Assembly (NCBI GenBank): GCA_964291295.2
Contig: OZ219754.1
Location: forward strand, 320,001-384,000
Length of the DNA stretch: 64,000 bases
Origin: an uncultured Candidatus Binatia bacterium
GTDB taxonomy: Bacteria; Desulfobacterota; Binatia; UBA9968; JAJDTQ01
Direction of reading: 5' to 3'
Made by a program: the position numbers and the translations under genes. The notes beneath the pieces were generated by a model that had not been told where the DNA came from, did not search any database, and worked only from the letters and a program-made list of their open reading frames with translations. Of this stretch, positions 47,353-57,255 are shown one piece after another. How positions within the stretch are numbered: position 1 is the stretch's first letter; each line of letters opens with the position of its first letter.

Positions 47353-47988
47353 TCAGTCCTCTCTGGTGTCGTGGGATACCTCGCATCGGATCTCGACCCG
47401 CGAGTGCTTGCGAGGATCGCTCAGTGCTCGCCTGGCGAATACCGGCACATTGGTCCCAGCCGACTTGCGGACCGATGGGGCCAGCAGTCCGTCCAGGTCT
47501 TCGGCAACAGCTTCAACTCCCAAACGGTTGCAGAACGTGTAGTCGTTCCCGTGCATCAAGCCGGGCCATAGGGTCTGCATGGGGCGCAGATCTTTCGTAT
47601 GGCCCCGGAAATCGCAGGTGAACCGCGAGTACCATGCACTTCGGCCGCCGCTTGGCCTGCCGGCGAACTTTTCGCGGAACCGATGGAGAACCTCGGCCTC
47701 TGCCGTCTCCGCCTCAAGGGAGAAGTACCCGACAGGGAAAGAGCCGTCGGAAAAACGCGACTTGGGGTAACCGGAGCCATCAAGACGCCGCTTCGGCAAG
47801 AATGGCGCGTCAAGGAGTTTCTCGAGGGAATCGGACATCCCGCGCGAATGCAGGAACTCCGTCATCTCGGAGACCTGTTCCGGACTCATCTCCTGGTCGC
47901 GCAGAAAGTCGTCATCCGTTTGATGGCTCACGAATCGAACCAGAACCGCCTCGCGGGGTCGAGCGACAACTTCCTCCAGCACGTTCAA
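47353..47988 (-). CDS. RES-domain toxin (NAD+ phosphorylase-like)
   Basis: SRFSDG..GYFSLEAETAEAE..GLLAPSVR gives the R-E-S triad; TTG start overlaps the upstream stop. Confidence 0.75.
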   Translation of the reverse strand: MNVLEEVVARPREAVLVRFVSHQTDDDFLRDQEMSPEQVSEMTEFLHSRGMSDSLEKLLDAPFLPKRRLDGSGYPKSRFSDGSFPVGYFSLEAETAEAEVLHRFREKFAGRPSGGRSAWYSRFTCDFRGHTKDLRPMQTLWPGLMHGNDYTFCNRLGVEAVAEDLDGLLAPSVRKSAGTNVPVFARRALSDPRKHSRVEIRCEVSHDTRED

Positions 47989-48665
47989 CGCCCTGCTGCC
48001 GCTTCGACGTACTCCTTCACAAGCAGCAGATTCTCCATCGACCCGTCCAGCATCCGGTCCATGGGCGAGCGCCCATCCAGCATCGTATGCGGCTCCCGAA
48101 GCCACCGATTCTCGACTTTCAGGTCTTGGAACAGTGCCGACAGTATCTTGCGAATCCGGTACAGGTATGCGACGCGATCCTTGGCGTCCCTTCCCTTGAG
48201 AGCGTCTCGCCCGGCCAGCAGATTCCCGGCGAACGATCCGTCATCCGGGTCCATTCCCAGCAGAACGGTGGCGTCCATCAAGTTCAACTCCCATGCAGCG
48301 AGGAGATTCCTGAGAAATTGAACAGGCCCCGTCAGGCGTGGCTGGTATGGTGAAGTCCTTGCGTCGATTCCCGGCACGACGGTGCCCGCACGCACCTCTT
48401 GACGCAGGAACTCAGGATGCGATCCTTCTTCCCTGATCGTATAGTTTCCCGACATTCCCCGCCGCACGGGATGCACGTCCGGAACAAACCGGGTGTGCCG
48501 GATGCCCCCCGCGCGCCTGATCGGTTGTTTGACCCTTAGCTGGGACTCGAGTCCATCGCTCCCCCGCGAGACATGCCCGACCGTCGGGCTGCGGCCACCG
48601 AGCAGCCCACGTTCGTAAGACGGCTCCCACATCATCTTCACCTCCTGAAAAGCGCCGGATTTCAT
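47985..48665 (-). CDS. Xre/MbcA/ParS-type antitoxin (start uncertain)
   Basis: C-terminal LF.D....RWLREPH..LDGRSPMD.M pattern; directly upstream of the RES gene. Confidence 0.75.
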   Translation of the reverse strand: MKSGAFQEVKMMWEPSYERGLLGGRSPTVGHVSRGSDGLESQLRVKQPIRRAGGIRHTRFVPDVHPVRRGMSGNYTIREEGSHPEFLRQEVRAGTVVPGIDARTSPYQPRLTGPVQFLRNLLAAWELNLMDATVLLGMDPDDGSFAGNLLAGRDALKGRDAKDRVAYLYRIRKILSALFQDLKVENRWLREPHTMLDGRSPMDRMLDGSMENLLLVKEYVEAAAGR

Positions 48666-49384
48666 GACGCCACCGAGTTGGTGGGAATGGGCACCATCTC
48701 GACAGTCAGCCCCCGAAGCAATGCTTCGAGAAGTCGCCGCAGGCGGTCGATGTACTCCGCGTGCGGATGCAACTCCGGGGGTTCCGCGTATGCCACCCAG
48801 CATGAAGCAAAGATTGACGACTTCTCCACCACGCTGTCGTATGCGTGCAAGACTGCACGCCAACCTTCATCGTCGTTCTGGACTTCAAGGTTGATGCACG
48901 GATACAACGCTGCGTTGCCCAAGCCGGTCAAATCCATGTCGATACCCGGTTTCACTACCTGTTGCAGGAAATCGCGCGCGTCAACGGACCCATCGCCGAG
49001 CCGGAGCGACAGCGTGGATCGAACTGCGACCGTCGCAATCACGACCTGCGGGAACGCTCCTTTCAGTGCCTGCACCACCAACGCGAAGCATTCGTTGCAG
49101 ATTGCGAGATCCTGTTCGCTTCTCAGGCCGTTGAACCGCATCGACAGCTTCTCTACCGTCACCTCAATGGTCCCATTCCCTCCAAACATCGTCACGCGCA
49201 CGCACACGTCCGAAAGTGCGTTCCCGCCGGATACCTGCAAGTCTGTCGTTCGAAGCGGAAATCGGGGATGGATGAACTGGTGCAATGCTCTCATAAGCTC
49301 CGTGGTGCGACCCGGCAAGTCGAACAGCGGCACGGAGAATTCCGCCTCGTACGTCATCTCCATCCATTCAAGGCTACCCTTCAC
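48662..49384 (-). CDS. hypothetical protein coupled to the TA pair (start approximate)
   Basis: ORF whose stop overlaps the antitoxin ATG (ATGA). Confidence 0.6.
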   Translation of the reverse strand: MKGSLEWMEMTYEAEFSVPLFDLPGRTTELMRALHQFIHPRFPLRTTDLQVSGGNALSDVCVRVTMFGGNGTIEVTVEKLSMRFNGLRSEQDLAICNECFALVVQALKGAFPQVVIATVAVRSTLSLRLGDGSVDARDFLQQVVKPGIDMDLTGLGNAALYPCINLEVQNDDEGWRAVLHAYDSVVEKSSIFASCWVAYAEPPELHPHAEYIDRLRRLLEALLRGLTVEMVPIPTNSVAS

Positions 49385-49798
49385 CGCTGCCTCTCCTGGT
49401 GCATGCCGATACTCGACTTGTCGCTGTGCAGGATCTTCCCCGTAACGTTCATTGCCCGGCACACCCGTCGCGCCACAGTCATGCCCGCTTCCCACCTTGT
49501 ATCCCCTGTCTCCGTTTCCTCTGAGTCGTGTACCCGAAGACGGGATGTCCGCCCCACCCAAGTGCACCGGATTCGCCATCCCTTTGCATGGGCGGTTCCC
49601 CCAAAAACCCAGCAGACTGGTTCCCGGATGTTATGCATCGCCGGTCACCTTTGTGCAAGCACCGCGCGAGCCGCAGGCCGCGGCGTCAAACCGGGACATC
49701 GTCGGGATGCGCCACCGTCGAGACCGAAGTGCAGGGCGTAGCGCATGAAGCGCCCGGTTGGACGAACTCGGCCTTGGCGCGCCGATGCGCGCCCCCGG

Positions 49799-49843
49799 CC
49801 ACTTCCTGACCGCCGTCAGTACCTGGCGATGGCGCCGAGGTCC
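49799..49843. repeat. 45-bp direct repeat, copy 2
   Basis: 42/45 identical to 46512-46556; contains the Fic stop codon. Confidence 0.85.
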
Positions 49844-51000
49844 AGTTCCACGACCCAGTCTCCGACCGATTCATCCTTCGCAAAGAAGATGAACCCCAGA
49901 TCCCTGAGCCTCAGCAACTCTCGATGGAGAGTCCGTCTCGTGACGTTGCGGTACGCGGATTTCACGTATCGGTCCTCAAGCAGTTCCGCCAGCGCGATGC
50001 GCCGGGACGACGCATCCGAGAAGGGATCCACCGGTTCCGTCCCGCTCAGGAGAAAGTCGAGAAGCTGATACTCCCGCTGGTTCAGCAGCCGTCTGCGAGC
50101 GCCCGTTTTCCTGTTGAGGGCCTCCACGAGCATAGTCCGGTACACCAACCGGTTGAGCTTTGCCTTGACGAAGTTGTTGATGCCCTTGAGTTCGCTCGCG
50201 AAGCCTTCAACTCCAAAGCGAACGAAGGCCGTGACATCAAAGGGCTGACGTTCCCGGCATTGTTGCAGGATCGACTTGTACCGACTCTCATGGCGATAGA
50301 AATAGTTGGACAGCCCGTAGAACCCGTGGACGTTGTATCCGAGTTGAAACAGCATTCCCGCTTCGACCAGCCGTGAGACCCTTCCATTGCCGTCACCAAA
50401 AGGATGGACGGTTACCAGGAAAAAATGCGCGAGCAAGGCCCGGACCGCGGGATGAGTCTCCTCGAACCGACGCGAATGGAGAAAGTCGATGTACTCCGCC
50501 ATCAACCGTGGCAGCCCCTCATAAGGCACGCCTCGATGGACCCCTCCCAAGTCGTTTGACCCCACGGTGACAGGAAAACCGCGAAGTTTTCCCGGAATAT
50601 TGTTGACGATGTCGGAATCGCGCGTGATCATTTCGTGCAGATTGAAGATATCCGCCAATTGGATGGGAGGCGCGTCAGGGCGAAAGCGATTCCTCACCCA
50701 GGACTGCGCAGCCTCGGCGTTCCTTACCTGCAACTGCTCCCTGGCGGCATTGTCCCGGTTCTTCTCCGAGTCCAGCGACTCGAGCTGTTGAGCGACTTCG
50801 GCCTCGGACAGGGGATTGCCTTCAATGGCTGTCGTTCCGTGAACGGCCCGCACGCGGTTCAGACGATCCAACCGGGCTCGCCAATCTTGTGGAAACACAA
50901 GATTGAGGGCAGCCTCTCTGTACGCTTCGATCTGGACGAGGGCCTGGAAGAGACCCTTCGTATCCAGCTGAAAGTCGAAGGAGAACCGCTTCCAGTCCAT
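49816..51000 (-). CDS. Fic-domain protein
   Basis: Canonical HPFGDGNGRVSR motif; TTAIEGN in the N-terminal region. Confidence 0.92.
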   Translation of the reverse strand: MDWKRFSFDFQLDTKGLFQALVQIEAYREAALNLVFPQDWRARLDRLNRVRAVHGTTAIEGNPLSEAEVAQQLESLDSEKNRDNAAREQLQVRNAEAAQSWVRNRFRPDAPPIQLADIFNLHEMITRDSDIVNNIPGKLRGFPVTVGSNDLGGVHRGVPYEGLPRLMAEYIDFLHSRRFEETHPAVRALLAHFFLVTVHPFGDGNGRVSRLVEAGMLFQLGYNVHGFYGLSNYFYRHESRYKSILQQCRERQPFDVTAFVRFGVEGFASELKGINNFVKAKLNRLVYRTMLVEALNRKTGARRRLLNQREYQLLDFLLSGTEPVDPFSDASSRRIALAELLEDRYVKSAYRNVTRRTLHRELLRLRDLGFIFFAKDESVGDWVVELDLGAIARY

Positions 51001-51270
51001 GGATCACCTTATGGTTGTCAGCCTGTCCGACCGCAAAAATGACCGCTCCAACTATTCGAATATACAGGCAATCCATGTGGATCACAATGAAAACATCGTC
51101 TTGTTTGGCTGACTATATGACTGCTTGTCCGGCACACGGATCAACCTTCTGTGCCATGGTTCGGGAGAGGAAGCGGCCGTATTGAGCGGCCGCATTGAAA
51201 CAGTGGCGGGAGTGCGGCGGCGGGAGTGCGGCGCCACCGATACGCCGGCGCCGCACTCCCGGCCGCGGGA

Positions 51271-51909
51271 TCAGGCGGCGAACGACGCCAGGGTTTCCTT
51301 TTCGAAGGCCAGCAGCTTCCGGACGCTGAGGCGGGTCTGCATGCGCGCGAAATGGGCGCGCGTGTTGGGATAGGGCTCCAGGTCGATGTCGAACTGGGTG
51401 CTGCGGTGCACGCACCAGAAGAAGTGCGCGTCCGGTGCGGTGAAGTGATCGAAGAAGTACTCGCGCCCCTCCAGCATCCCTTCGGCGATGCCGTAGGCCT
51501 CGGCCAGGAACTCGGAGGCGATACGGGACACACTCTCCTGGCTGGCCGCCAGATCGCACACCTTCGCCGGCGAGTTGATCCGGCTGAGGTACGGGTGGAC
51601 GCCCGACGCGCACCAGGACATCACCGACACCGCCTTGACTTCGTCCCAGGGGTTCGCCGGCAGCAGGTTGGCCTGCGGGTAGCGGCGCGCGATCCAGAGC
51701 TGGATGGCCGCGTTCTCGGAGAGCGGCTCACCGTCCACCACCAGCAGCGGCACCTTGTGCTTGGGATTGAGCTTCAGGTATTCGTCGGACCGGTTCTGCC
51801 CGGCGCGGAAGTTGAGTGCCTTCACCTCGAAGTCGGCGCCGGCCTCGGTCAGCGTGATGTAGGGCGCCATCGCACAGGTGTGAGGCGCGTAGTACAACTG
51901 GATGCTCAT
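51271..51909 (-). CDS. glutathione S-transferase family protein
   Basis: LYYAPHTCA, YLKLNPKHKVP, LSENAAI, FTAPD. Confidence 0.9.
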   Translation of the reverse strand: MSIQLYYAPHTCAMAPYITLTEAGADFEVKALNFRAGQNRSDEYLKLNPKHKVPLLVVDGEPLSENAAIQLWIARRYPQANLLPANPWDEVKAVSVMSWCASGVHPYLSRINSPAKVCDLAASQESVSRIASEFLAEAYGIAEGMLEGREYFFDHFTAPDAHFFWCVHRSTQFDIDLEPYPNTRAHFARMQTRLSVRKLLAFEKETLASFAA

Positions 51910-51957
51910 GGGAACCTCCACGAAATGATGTTGATGAAACGATGTGATGAAACGTAC

Positions 51958-52044
51958 TGGTGCCGGAGGGGGGACTCGAACCCCCACAGGGTTGCCCCTA
52001 CTGGATTTTGAGTCCAGCGCGTCTACCAGTTCCACCACTCCGGC
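51958..52044 (-). tRNA. tRNA-Leu(CAA)
   Basis: GCCGGAG/CTCCGGC acceptor, CTGGA-CTCAAAA-TCCAG anticodon arm, long variable arm, CCA. Confidence 0.96.
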
Positions 52045-52121
52045 ACGGAGAAGAATGAGAATGGACTAATGGAAATGGCCTAGCTTACGGGTGAGCGAAG
52101 GTCAAGGTCGGGAGCCTCTTC

Positions 52122-52388
52122 TCAGCCGTCGCTGGAAGGGCCTTCCAACGGGATCGCCTGCTCCACCCGCATGACCGGAATGCCGCCGCGGATGGCGTAG
52201 AGGTATCGGCCGTCCGCGCGCACCAGTCCGCCGCTCATGGGCTCGGTGACCTTCTCCCCGGCGCGGTCGACAAGCTGCCCGGCTTCGATCTTCCGGTTCA
52301 GGTTTTCGACGAGCCCCGGGGCGGCCAGCACCACAGGCTCCCGTGTCTCGGGACAGGCAAGGATGTCGAGCAACTGCCGGTCGATCAC
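52122..52388 (-). CDS. Trm112-like protein
   Basis: IDRQLLDILACP ... YAIRGGIPVM..EQAI. Confidence 0.8.
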   Translation of the reverse strand: MIDRQLLDILACPETREPVVLAAPGLVENLNRKIEAGQLVDRAGEKVTEPMSGGLVRADGRYLYAIRGGIPVMRVEQAIPLEGPSSDG

Positions 52389-52645
52389 GTCCGCCTCCCG
52401 TGGTTCCGGTCGAGCGTCGTCTCCATGGAGTCCAATATTCCCCGCCATCCCGCAGGTGTCAATCCGACCGGCCCAAGCCTGCCATCTTCGCATCGCCGGT
52501 ACCATGAGAGAGCGCCGCACCCGATTCGCCCTCGCCGCCGTCGCGGCAAGCATGGACGCGGTATCCCGCGGCCCGTTTGATCCCGCTTGTCCCGTTTGAT
52601 GCGCTGCAGGCTCTTGGCTATGTTGCCGTCTGGAGGTGGAGAGCC

Positions 52646-54223
52646 ATGAACGGCACCTTTCGGGAGTACATCGATCTGCTGCGGGCCAATGACGAACTGC
52701 TGCACATACGCAAGCCGGTGGATCTGAGGGACGTGGCGGCGCTCACGGACCAGAGCGACCGGGCACTGCTGTTCGAGAACCCCGCGGGGTACTCCATCCC
52801 GGTGGCCTGCGGTCTGCTCCAGAAGCGCGAGCGTCTCGGCCTGGCGATGGACGCCCCCTACCCCGAAATTCACAAGCGTTTCCAGTGGGCCATGTCCAAC
52901 TCCATCGAGCCGGTGCTGGTGGAGGAGGCCCCGGTGAAGGAGTTCGTGCAACTCGGCGCGGACGTGGACCTGTTCAGGCTGCCGGTGCCGATCTTCTCCA
53001 CCCTGGACGGCGCGCCCATGATCACCGCCGCAGTGGTCCTCTCCGAAGACCCCGAGTACGGCATGAACGCCGGTGTCTACCGCCTGATGCTCAAGGAGCG
53101 GAACGTCACCGGCATCGACATCGTGACCCCCAACAACCTTCACAACTTCACCCGGCGGGCGCTGGAGGAGAACCGCCCGCTGCCCATCTCCATCTCCATC
53201 GGCGTACACCCCCGGGAACTGATGGGGGCGCTTTTCAAGGCTTCGCTGGGAACCAACGAGCTGGGTTTCGCCGGTGGCCTCGGCGGGCGTCCGGTAGAGT
53301 TGACCCCGGGGGTCGCCGGGCCGGTGCCGTTCATCGCGGGCGCCGAGATCGTTCTGGAAGGCGAGATCCCGCCCGAGGGGTGGGTGCATCCCGAAGGCCC
53401 GTTCGGCGAGTTCTCGCGCCTGGTGGGAGGCACCCACCGGAATCCCAACGTCCATGTCAACTCCCTGCTGCACCGGCGCGACCCCATCTACTACGCGCTG
53501 CACATGCCCTGGGAGAATCTGTGGATGAGCGCCCCGATATACGAAGCCGCCGCCTGGCGGGTGCTGGCCGAGACCGGCGTCCGGGTCGCCGCCATCAATG
53601 TGACCCCGGGCGGCTGCTGCCACTGGCACATCGTGGCGTCCATCCGCAAGAGCCCGGGCGACGGCAAGAACGCCATTGCCGCACTCCTCTCCATCGCCGA
53701 CATCAAGTACGTGGTGGTCACCGACGACGATATCGACATCTTCGATCCCGTGGAGGTGGAGTGGGCCATGGCCACCCGCGTGCAGGCGGACCGGGACACC
53801 GTCATCCTGTCCAATGCCCGCTCCAAGCCCCTGGACCCCTCCATCCCGCCCAGCGCCAACGGTGTCCCCACCACCGCCAAGATGGGCATCGACGCCACGA
53901 TCCCCGAGAATGTGCCGCGCTACCGCTACAACCGCATCGTCTACCACAACCAGGGCAAGGCGCTGCTGGACGACTACCTGGGCGAATCTCCGGCCACCCC
54001 CCTGCCCGCGGCCGCCGCGGACGACGCCGTCGAACAGCTGGCGGAACAGGCCCTGGCAATGTTGGGCGAGAAGCGGCGGACCTTCAGCGAACTGCTGGAC
54101 GCCTTCTCCGACCAGAGCTTCGCCACCGTCATGGCGCTGGTGGGCCGCCTCAACGAACAGAAACGGATCACCCTGGATGAAGAAGGAAAGTACATGCCCG
54201 CGGAGGAGGACGCACCACGGTAG
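52646..54223 (+). CDS. UbiD-family decarboxylase with C-terminal extension
   Basis: NAGVYR, EGPFGEF, VTDDDIDIFD..VEWAMATR, AKMGIDAT. Confidence 0.9.
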   Translation: MNGTFREYIDLLRANDELLHIRKPVDLRDVAALTDQSDRALLFENPAGYSIPVACGLLQKRERLGLAMDAPYPEIHKRFQWAMSNSIEPVLVEEAPVKEFVQLGADVDLFRLPVPIFSTLDGAPMITAAVVLSEDPEYGMNAGVYRLMLKERNVTGIDIVTPNNLHNFTRRALEENRPLPISISIGVHPRELMGALFKASLGTNELGFAGGLGGRPVELTPGVAGPVPFIAGAEIVLEGEIPPEGWVHPEGPFGEFSRLVGGTHRNPNVHVNSLLHRRDPIYYALHMPWENLWMSAPIYEAAAWRVLAETGVRVAAINVTPGGCCHWHIVASIRKSPGDGKNAIAALLSIADIKYVVVTDDDIDIFDPVEVEWAMATRVQADRDTVILSNARSKPLDPSIPPSANGVPTTAKMGIDATIPENVPRYRYNRIVYHNQGKALLDDYLGESPATPLPAAAADDAVEQLAEQALAMLGEKRRTFSELLDAFSDQSFATVMALVGRLNEQKRITLDEEGKYMPAEEDAPR

Positions 54224-54457
54224 ACCGTCCGGTGGAGAAACGGCTGCGAACACCGGAGGGGCGGCCGGCGAGCCGGTCGGTCGGAGCCACTACCCGCCGT
54301 GATGTCGAGAGCCTCTTGCATCTTCTTCACCGAGCGTCACGGCTCGATGCCAGGCAACCAGTACAGGTCGTTTCTGCGCTCAGTCTACCGCAGGCCCTGC
54401 GTCGATCAGGACGGATTGCGCAATCCGGTCGAGCAGCACTCGCCGACGGCGGTGCCA

Positions 54458-55231
54458 TCATCCCCGCAGACTCATCCCTCGCTCAGCTCCGGACCGGGTC
54501 ACCAGAACTTCCTGATCAAACCCGTATCGGGCAACCTCGAAGGCGCCATTCGCTTCCAGATCCCTCGGCGACGGCAAGCCGACATCAAATGGAAACAGGT
54601 GAGGGCAACGAAGCAGGGAGGTGGCCGATCGAGATTTGGCATCGTGGACTGCGAACATGGCCGAGATCGCCCAGATGGAGAGAGGCAGGTCATCGACCAC
54701 CCGTTTGGGAGCAAAGCGGTAGAAGCCTTTCTTCTCCCTTTCAAGAAGTACGCCCCAGTCGATGAATGCCCGAAGGATACGCCGTGCGGCGCGGGCCACT
54801 GTTTCGCGTTCGCCCATTTGCTCGCGGAGTCGGCGCTGAACCTGGGCTGCTCCAACGGTTCCCTGAAGCTGAAGCAACCGCCCGGTCGCATCGGCGACCG
54901 CGCCGAAAAAGGGGTAGGCCGCCATGCACATGCACCAGTGCACCAGCATCCGCTGGTCCCCGGACAGGCGTTGAAGCAGATCAAGCCCGTCGTCGCGGAG
55001 CGGTCGAAGCTCTCCCGGAACGGTAACCCAGACTTTCGTCAGGATCGTGATGGCCTTGTCACGGTTTCCCCGCTCGGGTTCGTTCCCGACCGACAACTCG
55101 GCCCGCAACCTGTCGCCCAGCGCCGCGACGATCTCGCTTCTCCGACTCCCGGCGAGAACCAGATTCGCCGTGAATTCCAGCCACTCAAGTCGAATACGCT
55201 GGCTGAAACCGACCTGCTCGCTACGCGTCAC
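54458..55231 (-). CDS. brxA: BrxA-like BREX protein
   Basis: GTG start overlaps the pglZ stop; terminal position typical of BREX type 3; LVHWCMCMAAYPFF, RRILRAFIDWGVL. Confidence 0.65.
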   Translation of the reverse strand: MTRSEQVGFSQRIRLEWLEFTANLVLAGSRRSEIVAALGDRLRAELSVGNEPERGNRDKAITILTKVWVTVPGELRPLRDDGLDLLQRLSGDQRMLVHWCMCMAAYPFFGAVADATGRLLQLQGTVGAAQVQRRLREQMGERETVARAARRILRAFIDWGVLLEREKKGFYRFAPKRVVDDLPLSIWAISAMFAVHDAKSRSATSLLRCPHLFPFDVGLPSPRDLEANGAFEVARYGFDQEVLVTRSGAERGMSLRG

Positions 55232-57255
55232 GCCGACACCCTCTCGATCTCGACCATCGGGACCACGACCTCTTCGAGCGAGGCACCGCCGTGGCATACA
55301 ATGCGTTCGCCTTCGCGCACGAAGGCTGATCGAGCTGGAGCGAGCAGGGGCAAACAGTCTTCGGGGAGCCCGAGGGCCGGCCACACGACCGCGTCCGGGA
55401 AACGATTGTGCACGCGGGATCGCAGGCTCGGATCGGAATAGACCCGCACGCGTTCGCCCCGAAGGGCGGCGGTCATGCCCTCGGAAGGGCGGCCGATTCC
55501 TTCCGCCTCGATATTTCCGTGGTCCGAGGTCAGAAACACGGCGAAACCGCCTTCGAGCAATGTGTTCAGCAATCCCACCATGAACCCTTCATCAGCCCAT
55601 TGTCGGACTTGGTTGTGCATCCCGGCTGCGCCGAGTTCCATGCCGTGCATGATTCTGTCGACCTTGTCGACCACAAGACCGAGGACGCGGAGACCGGGCC
55701 ATGAAAGAAGTTCGCGAACGCTGTCGATGCAGCCGCTCCCCAATCCTCTCGCATATGTCACCTCCCGCACCGTCAGGCCGTGGTCGGTCCAGAACCGGGT
55801 CCACAACGAAGCTTCCCTGTCCGTGGTCCAGAGGCTTGAGGGAAAGTAGAGTGGGGGCGTGCCGGCGAAGATTGCCTGCCGGGAAACCGAAGTGACCGTC
55901 GGTATCCATGCGAAAACAGCTTCTTCACGAAATCGGAATCGCGACTGACGAAGTGCGAGAATGTCCCGGAGTGCGATCCATTGGTCGAGCGCGAGACCGT
56001 CGACAACGACGAGTGCGACCCTGTTTCCACCTGCATTCGAAAGCCGCCGTTCGAGATACCGCGGCAGGTGATGGACCATCACCGGCGGGTCGGGCGGCTG
56101 ATTATGAAGCCCCGCATAACGGCACTCGGTCCAGGAGCAAAACGACCGGTCGACATCCCTGCGAAGACCGCGCATCCGCTCATTCATGCCAGATCGCGTC
56201 GCGTCCGTCGTGTCCGACCAGAGAAGGCCCAACTCCGCCCATCGCCAAGCGAAGGCCGTCCAGTCGTAGTGCCGTGCGCCGGTATCGGGGATCGTATTGG
56301 CAACGGTATCCATCAGGCTGCGGAGCCGTCGCGATTTGCCAGACTCGTTGTCGTTTCTTATCCCGACCGCCACCCATCTGTCATTGAGGGCGTCGCTCGA
56401 CCTGTGATGCACAGGCGAAAGCAGTCCCTCGACGAACAGATTGTCGATGTAGATGCGCACGTCACCATGGTCGAAAGGCAACTCGACGGGGCCTGCTATC
56501 GCCGGATCGAACGCCGCATTCGCATCCCGAACATGATACTCGGTGTCCCACGCGATGCGGTCGAGAAAAGGGGACCAGTGGTCCTGAAGGAAAGAAAGGA
56601 AGGCTTCCCGATCCGGCACGATGGTCTCAAGTGGCCAGGAGTCGAAGGCTGCGTCCTGGCGAAGCTTATGGACCAGGCACTGCTCCAGCGAGCGCGGAAG
56701 CCGCTGACGCCGGTAATGCTTCCGCAACAGAACACGCAGCAAATCCGCACCGTCCCTGATAAGCGCGACAGAGATTCCAAAGACGTGCAGAAGCACAAAG
56801 TCCTTCGTCGCATCGTCGCCGCACTGAATGAATCCGTGTTGCGCCCGTGCCCGATAGAGAGCGTCGAGATTGCTTCTGTCAAGTGAAGCGACAACAGGGT
56901 AGCTGAGATGGGGAAACAGTTCCTCCAGGCCGAAGGAAAGTTGCCGGCCGACCTGCAAGAGATCGTAGGGAAGGGTGGCGAGATCATGCTTCCCGGTCTG
57001 AAGAACAACCACCAAGTCGCGAACCTCACCCCGGTCCCGGCGGAATCGAAACCCGGTTTCGTAGGCGAAGCGGAACGCGACAGGGTCGTCGAATACCAGA
57101 ACCTCGAAGCCCCTCTCGCGTATCGCGTCGAGGAGGTTCTCTTCGAGCAACAGCGCGTCCGGGTCCGCGGCCAAGGTAAGCCCAGCCACCTTCGGCGTGA
57201 AGTGCCTCAATATCCGATTGCGCCAATCATCGGTCTTCCCGTAGGACACGTTCAC
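55228..57255 (-). CDS. pglZ: BREX PglZ phosphatase-domain protein
   Basis: VVVDGLALDQW, PTVTSVSRQAIF, LTSDHGN, CHGGASLEEVVVP. Confidence 0.9.
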   Translation of the reverse strand: MNVSYGKTDDWRNRILRHFTPKVAGLTLAADPDALLLEENLLDAIRERGFEVLVFDDPVAFRFAYETGFRFRRDRGEVRDLVVVLQTGKHDLATLPYDLLQVGRQLSFGLEELFPHLSYPVVASLDRSNLDALYRARAQHGFIQCGDDATKDFVLLHVFGISVALIRDGADLLRVLLRKHYRRQRLPRSLEQCLVHKLRQDAAFDSWPLETIVPDREAFLSFLQDHWSPFLDRIAWDTEYHVRDANAAFDPAIAGPVELPFDHGDVRIYIDNLFVEGLLSPVHHRSSDALNDRWVAVGIRNDNESGKSRRLRSLMDTVANTIPDTGARHYDWTAFAWRWAELGLLWSDTTDATRSGMNERMRGLRRDVDRSFCSWTECRYAGLHNQPPDPPVMVHHLPRYLERRLSNAGGNRVALVVVDGLALDQWIALRDILALRQSRFRFREEAVFAWIPTVTSVSRQAIFAGTPPLYFPSSLWTTDREASLWTRFWTDHGLTVREVTYARGLGSGCIDSVRELLSWPGLRVLGLVVDKVDRIMHGMELGAAGMHNQVRQWADEGFMVGLLNTLLEGGFAVFLTSDHGNIEAEGIGRPSEGMTAALRGERVRVYSDPSLRSRVHNRFPDAVVWPALGLPEDCLPLLAPARSAFVREGERIVCHGGASLEEVVVPMVEIERVSA

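Noticed and set aside
49800-52044. Integrative island anchored at tRNA-Leu
   Set aside because: I found no duplicated tRNA 3' end and no integrase in the window.
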